Source: Acaryochloris thomasi RCC1774
Lineage (GTDB): Bacteria; Cyanobacteriota; Cyanobacteriia; Thermosynechococcales; Thermosynechococcaceae
Length of the DNA: 32,000 bases
Assembly: GCF_003231495.1 (NCBI RefSeq)
Contig: NZ_PQWO01000011.1
Coordinates: 1-32,000, forward strand
Reading direction: 5' to 3'
This document shows positions 1 to 7,200 of the stretch, in pieces. The stretch's first letter is position 1. The number at the start of each line of letters is the position of its first letter. A model generated the notes under the pieces. It was not told the DNA's origin. It was given only the letters and a program-made list of their open reading frames with translations, and searched no databases. Both the position numbers and the translations under genes were made by a program.

Positions 1-120
1 CTACGCCAACGCGTCTCAAGATTGGTGCGCAAGACACTGTCATTCTCCAAAAAGCTAGAGAATCATATCGGTGCTATTTGGTACTTTATTCACCATTACA
101 ATCAATCCTTACCTATTTAG
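1..120 (+). mobile_element. 3' end of an IS1-family transposase gene (partial, runs off left edge)
   Basis: Frame +1 reads LRQRVSRLVRKTLSFSKKLENHIGAIWYFIHHYNQSLPI* (stop 118-120). The RK(S/T)LSFSK..E.H...I.....HY tail matches the C-terminus of IS1 InsB-type transposases (E. coli InsB ends ...[27 protein letters not shown], recalled from memory). Terminal inverted repeat not identified. Confidence 0.7.
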
Positions 121-299
121 GACTACCCATCTCTAATTGTTAGCCCAGCTATATCTCAGAGGTATTTCGCATAAACTAAATTTGGTTGCAGAGATATTCG
201 CTAGCGCCGTTTTCAGATAGCGATGAAAGATCCACTTGCGATCGCGATGATATTGCCTTTATTGTCATCTCAGTTGCAACTGAACGATTCTCTGCTGCT

Positions 300-626
300 T
301 CAAGCCGATATCTGTCTCAGATCACGAGTGATTGCTTGAGGCTTACACCAGCAAACTTCTGCTTCAATTTGTATGGCCCCTTCGTCAGCTAGATCCTTGA
401 TGTATCCGCTGAGATTCTCTTCAGCCTCTTTTTTATCTTTGAAGGGACCAAAAAGGTACTCGTAATTTGGCTGCTGTGTCGTCACCGTTACCCACCAAGC
501 CTGGTCGTAGTCATCTTCTTGAGGGGATGTTTCATACGATTTTCCCTTTCGGAGGAGTATCGAGAGAACCAAAAAGGCAAGAATTACTAAGACTGTATTT
601 TGAATAATCTGCGAAATATGATTCAT
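300..626 (-). CDS. DUF1816-like small membrane-anchored protein
   Basis: 108-aa ORF with an N-terminal hydrophobic helix (TVLVILAFLVLSILL), then WWVTVTTQQPNYEYLFGPFKDKKEAEENLSGYIKDLADEGA. This is the WWV...Y.FGPF...EA....YI.DL..EGA pattern I associate with cyanobacterial DUF1816. Confidence 0.65.
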   Translation of the reverse strand: MNHISQIIQNTVLVILAFLVLSILLRKGKSYETSPQEDDYDQAWWVTVTTQQPNYEYLFGPFKDKKEAEENLSGYIKDLADEGAIQIEAEVCWCKPQAITRDLRQISA

Positions 627-846
627 TGAGTCAATCCCCCGAGCCTGCCGACTTTAAGTGTGTAGATATCTATCGTACGAGAACGTGCCAATGAAGACGG
701 TTATCGCCACGACAGTATTCAGTCTTCCCATTCTCAACTGGATATTGCAGCCTGGTGACCGACAGGGGGGTGAGCCAAGATACGTACAAAGAGTTCAAAA
801 TAGTTCTAGAAGTCTTATCTAGAAAGGCTTTCATGAATATTTTGTC

Positions 847-1182
847 ATGGTCTCTCAAGGCTCGCTGGCAACACCAACCGATATGGTCGAGATTCAAAAG
901 CAGGTTGAACAAGCAGGCCGTCGCTTTTTATTTTTGAAGGCTGATGTTCGAGATCTCAGCGCCCTACACGCCCTACAGGCAGCGGTCGCTCAAACTGTCC
1001 AGCTTTTAGGCTCTCTTGGAGCTGGCTCTTCTTTCATTACAAATCTTGCCTTTGGTAGCCCAGATCTCAACACGCTGTATATCTATGCAGCCAACGGAAA
1101 CTCACTAAACGAAGTTGAGCGAAGAAGCAGAATTGTTCGCTTGACCCTAAATGCTGTCCGGGGCCTGAGATTAACGCAGTAA
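847..1182 (+). pseudogene. Chimeric gene remnant: internal SDR fragment joined to an SMP-30/gluconolactonase-like C-terminal fragment
   Basis: The ORF reads ...VEQAGRRFLFLKADVRDLSALHALQAAVAQTVQLLGSL (typical internal SDR segment lacking the Rossmann N-terminus and catalytic YxxxK). It continues directly into ITNLAFGSPDLNTLYIYA (the 'AFGGPDL.TLYIT' tail of SMP-30/LRE-like proteins). No complete domain is present, and it lies next to an IS fragment. Confidence 0.35.
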
Positions 1183-1299
1183 TATCAACTTTTAGCAACC
1201 ATCTGCCGCGTAAAACAATGATGCGATGCTCAGAAAGGAAACGTAGAAGCTTGCCCGAAGTCATCCTAAACGAGTCAAAAAGCAATGCCGATGAGTCAT

Positions 1300-1848
1300 T
1301 TACTGGTTATCCAGAAACTGATCTGTTGACGAGATTTGCGCAAATGGCGCTCTCAGTGCTGCCATAAAAGCAGCTTGTACCTCCGAAGCCTTTACAAGCT
1401 GGCCGTCAAACTCTAAGTCTTTCGTTGCACATGCATCAGAAATGACATGGCATTTATAGCCTAAATCAAAGGCAGCGCGTGTTGTTGAGTCAACACACAT
1501 CTGACTCATAGCTCCACAAACAACGACTTCCTCAACTCCAGCCTTTTGTAGATGCGCGTTGAGGTCAGTTTCACGAAAAGAATTTGGATAGTGCTTAATC
1601 AGAACAACTTCACGTTCTTGGGGTTGAATGCTGTTGTGAATTCTACACCCTGGAGTATTTGGAGCAAAGAATGTGGGGTGATCCTGAGTTGAAATGTGTT
1701 GAATGTAAAAAAGTGGTGCTTGTTCAGTGCGAAAGGCATTCAATAGTCTTTTACAGTTCGAAGCCGCCTTATCCATTGCGACCAGTTCCATTGAACCACC
1801 CTTGAAGTAGTCATTCTGGACATCAATGACGATTAATCCTCGTTTCAT
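1300..1848 (-). CDS. Isochorismatase-family cysteine hydrolase
   Basis: GLIVIDVQNDYF... and VVVCGAMSQMCVDSTTRAAFDLGY are the D/K/C catalytic-triad context of isochorismatase/PncA-like hydrolases. I prefer the ATG at 1848 (MKRGLIVID) over 1881 because 1881 would overlap the upstream gene. Confidence 0.85.
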   Translation of the reverse strand: MKRGLIVIDVQNDYFKGGSMELVAMDKAASNCKRLLNAFRTEQAPLFYIQHISTQDHPTFFAPNTPGCRIHNSIQPQEREVVLIKHYPNSFRETDLNAHLQKAGVEEVVVCGAMSQMCVDSTTRAAFDLGYKCHVISDACATKDLEFDGQLVKASEVQAAFMAALRAPFAQISSTDQFLDNQ

Positions 1849-1861
1849 CTTGCTTAGTTCC

Positions 1862-2305
1862 TTAGCTTTTATCGACAACAAATCGTGTATCTAAATCACG
1901 TAGATAATAAAGTCCGAAGCAGGCAGCAAGAACAGGCCAAGCAGCCCAAAAAAGTATATTTGGATTACTGGGATCATCAACATAAGGATTCAGATAAAGG
2001 GGGAAGGCGATCAACGTTGACAAAGCATGCATGAGCAACACCAAACCATAAGTGATTCTTTTTCGATAGCCCAGCAAAAAACCGGTAAAGACTGCTAGCT
2101 GGATAGCACCAATCACATATGGAATAAACTGAGTGACTCCACCCACCCCATAAAACGTGCTAAAGACAGCAACAGCGTGCTCGGGACGGGCAAACTTATC
2201 AAGGCCCCAGACTGCCATCATCATAAATACGCCAATCCTCATCAAGAGAAGGACGAGTGATATGCGACGGAACATTAACTGCTCTGTTTTTCCAGTGTTG
2301 TTCAT
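1862..2305 (-). CDS. DoxX-like integral membrane protein
   Basis: Four predicted hydrophobic helices and a small size. Probably co-oriented and cotranscribed with the hydrolase (14-nt gap). GAGGGA lies 8 nt upstream of the ATG at 2305 (alternative start 2323). Family call is tentative. Confidence 0.55.
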   Translation of the reverse strand: MNNTGKTEQLMFRRISLVLLLMRIGVFMMMAVWGLDKFARPEHAVAVFSTFYGVGGVTQFIPYVIGAIQLAVFTGFLLGYRKRITYGLVLLMHALSTLIAFPLYLNPYVDDPSNPNILFWAAWPVLAACFGLYYLRDLDTRFVVDKS

Positions 2306-2417
2306 GATCAATCCCTCTACCATTATGATTTTTATGTGCGTCTAGACGACCGTTCTCGTGGTTACTGGGCATGAAGAGTGACGCAAAGTAGAATCTTGCT
2401 TGCCAGAAGGCCTAACC

Positions 2418-3392
2418 CTACCTGAACTCAACCGTTTCCCCCTCAGCAGGTATATAAACACTTTCCTTGATGTTCTCGGGGAGCTTATCAACAACTGCCT
2501 TCAACGTGTCTCTTGTTGTAAAGCAGTGATCTAGAGCATTCATGTGTACAGCCGTGATTTGGACATCTGGATTAATCCTTTCGGCTGCTTCAAAGAATCT
2601 CACTGCCTGTGGTTCATTTATCATTAACGGATCTGGAGCAATAGATTCGATCACAGCACCTCCGGTATGGACAATGACGATATCTGGCTTGTGCTTTGCA
2701 AGTATGGCTTCAACCTGGCCCTCATCATCTAGCACGGTATCGCCAGTCCAATAGATCGTAGGTTGTCCTTCTGCTCGAAGAATAATGCCGTTGACACCGC
2801 CCATAAGCTGTCCAACCCGTCCTATACCGTGTTGTCCAAACTCTTGGCTCATTGTGATGCCCTCGAATTTTGAAGCATTAGACGCCATCGTTGAAACATT
2901 CGTAAATCCCTTCTGCTCCAACTGGGCCTTGAAAGTTTGGGTCGAATTCTCTGGATCGGTCACATCAGTGGGCGCTTCATTGTCAGGGGTAAAGATTGGA
3001 GTGTCTTTTGCAATCTTCTCGGCAGCGGGTTGGTCAAAATGATCAAGATGCATATGTCCAACTAAGACAGCATCCACATCTTCTAAAATGGATTCGGTGC
3101 TGACGGGCAGATCAATTATTGGGTTGGGCGCAATACCTGCGAAAGACGGAAGTGCCCCTTTATCGGACAGCATTGGGTCTAGAAGCAGAGTTTGACCGTT
3201 GTAGGTCAATTTCGCCGTCGCGTTGCGGAAGAACTCGTAGGAGACGGGCATAGATTCGTTGGTCGTATTCTCTGCACCGGCTGGTGCCGGTGCATCATTC
3301 GTTCGTTCTTCCTCGCTACATGCACCGAGGATCAGACTGGCTCCGAGTAATAGACTTAATATGGAGGCAAACTTCTGCTTACTGCTTTTCAT
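2418..3392 (-). CDS. MBL-fold metallo-hydrolase, lipoprotein
   Basis: Signal peptide with lipobox (LLGASLILGAC), an HxHxDH-type motif (VGHMHLDHFD) and later conserved His/Asp (VIVHTGG, HMNALDH). Confidence 0.8.
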   Translation of the reverse strand: MKSSKQKFASILSLLLGASLILGACSEEERTNDAPAPAGAENTTNESMPVSYEFFRNATAKLTYNGQTLLLDPMLSDKGALPSFAGIAPNPIIDLPVSTESILEDVDAVLVGHMHLDHFDQPAAEKIAKDTPIFTPDNEAPTDVTDPENSTQTFKAQLEQKGFTNVSTMASNASKFEGITMSQEFGQHGIGRVGQLMGGVNGIILRAEGQPTIYWTGDTVLDDEGQVEAILAKHKPDIVIVHTGGAVIESIAPDPLMINEPQAVRFFEAAERINPDVQITAVHMNALDHCFTTRDTLKAVVDKLPENIKESVYIPAEGETVEFR

Positions 3393-3467
3393 ACAAACTT
3401 TCTATCTTTATTGAATAGTTACGGCGCAGTCACCACTGTATAGACTGCATAGGTGATTACACCTCTC

Positions 3468-3626
3468 TCAAGCATTGTCGAGATCTTTGAACCGCTCACG
3501 TACCTCTTGATTGGTGCCTGAAATCGAAGCTGGCATTCTGGCTCGACAATGAAGGCAATACCAGTAGATGCCTTGAGGTCCAATATGACTCAACAACTGT
3601 TCAGAGCAGCAAAGGCACGCATACAT
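3468..3626 (-). CDS. Small Cys-rich (zinc-ribbon-like) protein, 52 aa, absent from the ORF track
   Basis: Hand translation: MYACLCCSEQLLSHIGPQGIYWYCLHCRARMPASISGTNQEVRERFKDLDNA*. Two Cys pairs (C4/C6/C7 and C24/C27) about 17 residues apart flank an aromatic YWY, like a small treble-clef or zinc ribbon. Sits in an otherwise empty 568-nt gap. No strong SD. Confidence 0.4.
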   Translation of the reverse strand: MYACLCCSEQLLSHIGPQGIYWYCLHCRARMPASISGTNQEVRERFKDLDNA

Positions 3627-3833
3627 GGAACCACCAGGACGTTGTGTATGGTCAACAGATCGTCATCAATGAATAGGAAAACTTAAGGTTTATCAACTCC
3701 ATATTTCTTGCTCGGGTAGCTCATGGGCTAGAGATAGCTTACAGATGAGAAAAGGTAATTTCTTTTACATTTCTGCTGGGATTATCACAATGTTGCAACT
3801 TTCTTGCTCGCCACCCAATCATTACGAACTGTC

Positions 3834-3944
3834 TCTCTCATTTTTCTCAGTCAACTCTACGAACATCCTCAGCAAGTTCATGGAGCACTCATAGAAACGG
3901 ATCATTTGCGTCTCAGGCAATCCTCGTAGATTGAAGTCATTGAG
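3834..3944 (+). promoter_or_regulatory. Conserved leader/operator element, copy 1 (paralogous to 6673-6788)
   Basis: Aligns in the same orientation with 6673-6788. Identical blocks: CTCTCATTT, TCTCAGTCAA, CATAGAAACGG, TCATTTG, GTCTCAG, GATTGAAGTCAT. Ends 17-20 nt before the downstream ATG. Three CTCAG cores (3846-3850, 3868-3872, 3912-3916). Confidence 0.6.
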
Positions 3945-3960
3945 GTTAGAGAACTAAATC

Positions 3961-4266
3961 ATGAACAGCAAAAAACATTTGATTAACACCGCTCTCGCTG
4001 GATTAGCCGTGGTAACCCTTGGTTTGACCACTGGCCGTGCTGCAGAAGCAAAGGCACTCGGCCACTCTATTGACGATCAACCTGAGACCCAACTCGTGGC
4101 TCTTAAGTTTAAAAAGTTCAAGAAGATTCATCATGCTCCCAAGAAGTTCAAGAAGGCCAAAAAGATCCATCACGGCCACGGTAAGTTTCATGGTCGTAAG
4201 AAGTTCGTTGGCCACAAAAAATTCGTTGGCCACAAAAAATTCCATGGCGGTCATCATTTTCGCTGA
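3961..4266 (+). CDS. Secreted His/Lys-rich low-complexity repeat protein
   Basis: Sec-type signal peptide (MNSKKHLINTALAGLAVVTLGLTTGRAAEA). The mature part is dominated by KKF/HH repeats (KFKKFKKIHHAPKKFKKAKKIHHGHGKFHGRKKFVGHKKFVGHKKFHGGHHFR). The overlapping ORFs 4003-4257(-) and 4037-4294(+) are alternative readings of the same repeat DNA. Confidence 0.6.
   Translation: MNSKKHLINTALAGLAVVTLGLTTGRAAEAKALGHSIDDQPETQLVALKFKKFKKIHHAPKKFKKAKKIHHGHGKFHGRKKFVGHKKFVGHKKFHGGHHFR
4204..4239 (+). repeat. Perfect 18-bp tandem duplication inside the His/Lys-rich gene
   Basis: TTCGTTGGCCACAAAAAA occurs at 4204-4221 and again at 4222-4239 (encodes FVGHKK twice). The related units AAGTTCAAGAAG...CATCA lie upstream. 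Confidence 0.95.
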
Positions 4267-4462
4267 TTCTCTGACGATGGTTAGGCGCTGGTGACCCCGC
4301 CAGGATGTTTTGGCCGCAACAGATTTAGAGGTGCTGGCATCATTAGAGTCTTGAGATGACTTCTACGATTTTCAAAACAAGATTTCATGTCTGATACTTA
4401 TCAAGAACCAGAGGACTGATTATGACTTTACTTAAGTCTGCGCTCCCTGCTCAGTTTTGACC

Positions 4463-6436
4463 TTAGATTTCATCGTCATAAAAGCGATAGAAGAAGTATC
4501 CGTCTTGAAAAGGTTGCTCATCTGTAACATGATGAATCACGCCTCGGTCAATCAATATTTGCCCTAGCTTGATGGCCTCTTGAGTCGAGACTCCCTGAGT
4601 ATGCATCAGCCAGTCAACGGCTTCACAACCCAAAAAACTTTTGGGATAGCTGCGGAGACGATATGTTCGATCTTTGATGTCAATTCCGTTTTGACTCCGC
4701 ATCTGATTTGTAAGCTGCTCTATATCAAGACCTTGAAGAGGGACACGACGTTTGGCCATCGCGCCTACCCCAATATCTTCCGGTGTCGATTCGAAAGTTG
4801 ATGAGCGAATCGTTCCTTGCCTACTGATTGCATTAGGGTAGTAAAGTTCGGTCGGTTGAGGCGTCTGCTGTTGAGTCCAGGTATCAACGAGCGCATTGAG
4901 CTGAGGTGACTGCACATGTAAATCGTGCTGATTGTAAGGAATACGGATTTTGTATTCTTGAAACCGCTTAACAATCAGATACTGCAGATCACTTTTCAAT
5001 AAAAACTGATTTTTGGGCATCCGTGTAGATACGACCAAAAGAAGATTTAGCCCACTGTCACCTAGATCTGTAAAGAGAACAAGGGGTTGCGGATAGCCCA
5101 ACACACCATCATGATGTTTGGCAATTCCTAGCAACACTTGGCGCACCTGATCAATATCGCTGCTGTAGGCTACCTTAACGGGGATAGTGACACGAACAAC
5201 CCGCTGGCCATAATTCCAATTAATCAGGCGCTGACTGACCAGCTCAGAATTAGGAACAAACACAGACACTTGATCGAGTCTACGAATTTGAGTACTGCGC
5301 GTTCCGATATGTTCAATAGTGCCAAAGAGACCATCTAGGTCAATAAAGTCACCCACCTGGATAGGCCGCTCTATGAGCAGAACTATCCCACTGACAAAAT
5401 TATTCACTAGACCCTGTAAGCCAAAGCCAATACCAACCCCTAGTACACTCGCAATAATGGCAAGCGAGCTAATATCAATACCCCAAGCTTGCAAGATACC
5501 CAGGCTTCCAATGCTAGTCAATCCATAGTGTGCGAGCGTGGCAATGGTCTCCTGTGGACCTTTCTCAATACCGGTAAAGCTTAATACTTGGGCCTTAAGG
5601 AAACGTACAATTGCGCCAACTAATAGCCACAGTCCAACAATAAGCCCTAATAAAAGGAGCATATCCGCCAGAGAGTAATTGTTCTCCCCTAGCTGAAATA
5701 GGGGAAACCAGAGGTTCTTTTCTAGGCTGTACCAGACTTGAAAGCGCCATCGGCGAACAAGGGGAAAGAGATCGGTCGTGTAGATAAGAGCCGTAACCCA
5801 AAGAATGCCTTTCAAGCCGAGGATGCCTAAAAATACTAGAGATTGACCCCGCCGAACTGAAGACTGTTGAGGATTTAGAGAAACATAGCGCAAGAGCAAG
5901 CGTTGCTTGAGGATGTTGACAACCATGTGAAGTGAGATCGTTGTCATCAAGGCTAAGGCTAACAGGCCGAATGCCTTGCGCTGGTATCCAGGGGTGCGTT
6001 CCTGCTGTGCTTTTTGGAGTGCTTTATTGAGCCAATCTTGCCAACGCTGCGCCTGCTCACGCGGCATTACTCCTGGGAGTAAATCGCGCTCAGTTACTGT
6101 TAGAAGATGCTGATCGTTGAGCCGTAGTGTCAGGAGATTATCTTGCCTAACAATCTGAACTCGGGGTGGTTCGGTGCTGGAATCATTGCTGAGACTATCC
6201 ATTAGCGACTGATTGACGGGATCGGCGCGATCTTTGGCTGAAAAGCCAGAGATACTATGCACCTGAAACAGAACTCGCCCATCAATCACAATCGGTGATG
6301 GCGTGGTCTGCACTCTGTTGGGGCTTGTCGCGTCCTGAGATCGTACTGCTACGGGCGTACAGATCAGCCCGAGTATTGAGGCTGACAGTATTGCTAAGAG
6401 GCAAAACTTCAGTCGTTTTTTCTGGCCATTGAGCAT
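4463..6436 (-). CDS. MscS-family mechanosensitive channel with N-terminal periplasmic region and C-terminal DEP domain
   Basis: Signal peptide, multiple TM helices and the MscS pore/beta-domain signature (GFGLQGLVNNFVSGIVLLIERPIQVGDFIDLDGLFGTIEHIGTRSTQIRRLDQVSVFVPNS). The last ~85 aa (IKDRTYRLRSYPKSFLGCEAVDWLMHTQGVSTQEAIKLGQILIDRGVIHHVTDEQPFQDGYFFYRF) match the DEP-domain pattern seen in pleckstrin and Dishevelled. Confidence 0.85.
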   Translation of the reverse strand: MLNGQKKRLKFCLLAILSASILGLICTPVAVRSQDATSPNRVQTTPSPIVIDGRVLFQVHSISGFSAKDRADPVNQSLMDSLSNDSSTEPPRVQIVRQDNLLTLRLNDQHLLTVTERDLLPGVMPREQAQRWQDWLNKALQKAQQERTPGYQRKAFGLLALALMTTISLHMVVNILKQRLLLRYVSLNPQQSSVRRGQSLVFLGILGLKGILWVTALIYTTDLFPLVRRWRFQVWYSLEKNLWFPLFQLGENNYSLADMLLLLGLIVGLWLLVGAIVRFLKAQVLSFTGIEKGPQETIATLAHYGLTSIGSLGILQAWGIDISSLAIIASVLGVGIGFGLQGLVNNFVSGIVLLIERPIQVGDFIDLDGLFGTIEHIGTRSTQIRRLDQVSVFVPNSELVSQRLINWNYGQRVVRVTIPVKVAYSSDIDQVRQVLLGIAKHHDGVLGYPQPLVLFTDLGDSGLNLLLVVSTRMPKNQFLLKSDLQYLIVKRFQEYKIRIPYNQHDLHVQSPQLNALVDTWTQQQTPQPTELYYPNAISRQGTIRSSTFESTPEDIGVGAMAKRRVPLQGLDIEQLTNQMRSQNGIDIKDRTYRLRSYPKSFLGCEAVDWLMHTQGVSTQEAIKLGQILIDRGVIHHVTDEQPFQDGYFFYRFYDDEI

Positions 6437-6672
6437 ATATCACCAACTCTCAATTACGCTTTGGGAATGACTCAAGCGTTCTTGCCGCCATGAGAATATT
6501 GCGGAATTTACCCATACATTGCTAGAAAGTTCTCAATCTAGCCGCTAGAGTCAGGCTCATGAGAGACTTTGTCGTCTGCCTGAATGCAGCGTTCGGCTGT
6601 GTTGGCGAAGGAGTGCACTTGAATCCAGTGCTCTAGTAGGCTCATTCCTCCATCATGATACTGATAGATTAC

Positions 6673-6788
6673 CCTCTCATTTCTCTCAGTCAAGGCGACC
6701 GAAACTTGCTGAGAGTTTGTCATTCGCACATAGAAACGGCTCATTTGGGTCTCAGTGAACCTTCGTCGATTGAAGTCATCATCGGAGG
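6673..6788 (+). promoter_or_regulatory. Conserved leader/operator element, copy 2 (paralogous to 3834-3944)
   Basis: Same identical blocks as copy 1. GGAGG at 6784-6788 lies 8 nt before the ATG at 6797. Contains an 11-bp bulged hairpin (CTCTCAG-T-CAAG 6683-6694 / CTTG-CTGAGAG 6705-6715) because the middle CTCAGCAAGTT module is inverted relative to copy 1. Confidence 0.6.
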
Positions 6789-6796
6789 CTTCAATA

Positions 6797-7033
6797 ATGC
6801 GGCACACACAAGAATTGACTATCGCACCTAATGAAATACTTGAAAACACCTTGGCTGTTACCCTGCCACTGTTGAATCAGACTGGGGTGCAAGAGCTAAT
6901 TTCATCCTATGGTGAGTTAGGTTCAGACCCAAGCTCAGACTACTTCACCACCCGCACGAAACATATCGCAGTGCTGTGCATCAATGGAGAGTGGTTTCAA
7001 ATTCGAGCGCATTGCTTTGAGCTGAAATTCTAG
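6797..7033 (+). CDS. Hypothetical 78-aa protein
   Basis: MRHTQELTIAPNEILENTL...WFQIRAHCFELKF. Preferred over the overlapping 6538-6849(-) ORF because it is preceded by GGAGG and by the conserved leader, in the same geometry as the 3961 gene. No family recognised. Confidence 0.35.
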   Translation: MRHTQELTIAPNEILENTLAVTLPLLNQTGVQELISSYGELGSDPSSDYFTTRTKHIAVLCINGEWFQIRAHCFELKF

Positions 7034-7200
7034 CACCAGGGTTCCTTCAGTATGATCCAACAAGGGATTGCAAGAGTGGCTGCATCAAGCCAGAGCCATC
7101 TGAAAACGTACAAGTTTGCGCAATATCGTCCTATACAGGGTAAATAAATAATCCGTAACATAGCTGGGTACCTAGCAAATACCGCGCATTAAGAACTGCT

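Noticed and set aside
3929-3940. Conserved mini-ORF on the minus strand of both leader copies (MTSIYEDCLRRK* / MMTSIDEGSLRPK*)
   Set aside because: Only 12-13 codons. The differences are all non-synonymous, and I saw no RBS. It is most likely a by-product of nucleotide conservation.
3834-3944. Assignment of the duplicated leader to a known riboswitch class or to NtcA, CRP, LexA, Fur or Zur boxes
   Set aside because: I could not match it to any consensus I remember (e.g. GTA-N8-TAC; here GTA-N8-TCA in copy 1 and GTC-N8-TCA in copy 2). There is no conserved helix with covariation between the two copies. It is therefore left unclassified.
4204-4239. Possible CRISPR-like or minisatellite array
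   Set aside because: Only two 18-bp units, with no spacers, lying in-frame inside a coding repeat. No CRISPR array occurs anywhere in the window.
4003-4294. ORFs 4003-4257(-) and 4037-4294(+) overlapping the His/Lys-rich gene
   Set aside because: Alternative frames of the same repeat DNA. Only the 3961 frame has a signal peptide and a sensible start context.
6538-6849. 103-aa minus-strand ORF covering leader copy 2
   Set aside because: The homologous stretch in copy 1 (3834-3944) is interrupted by stops in that frame. Differences between the copies are not biased to synonymous sites. The plus-strand gene has a GGAGG RBS. I kept it as a caveat in the findings rather than as a feature.
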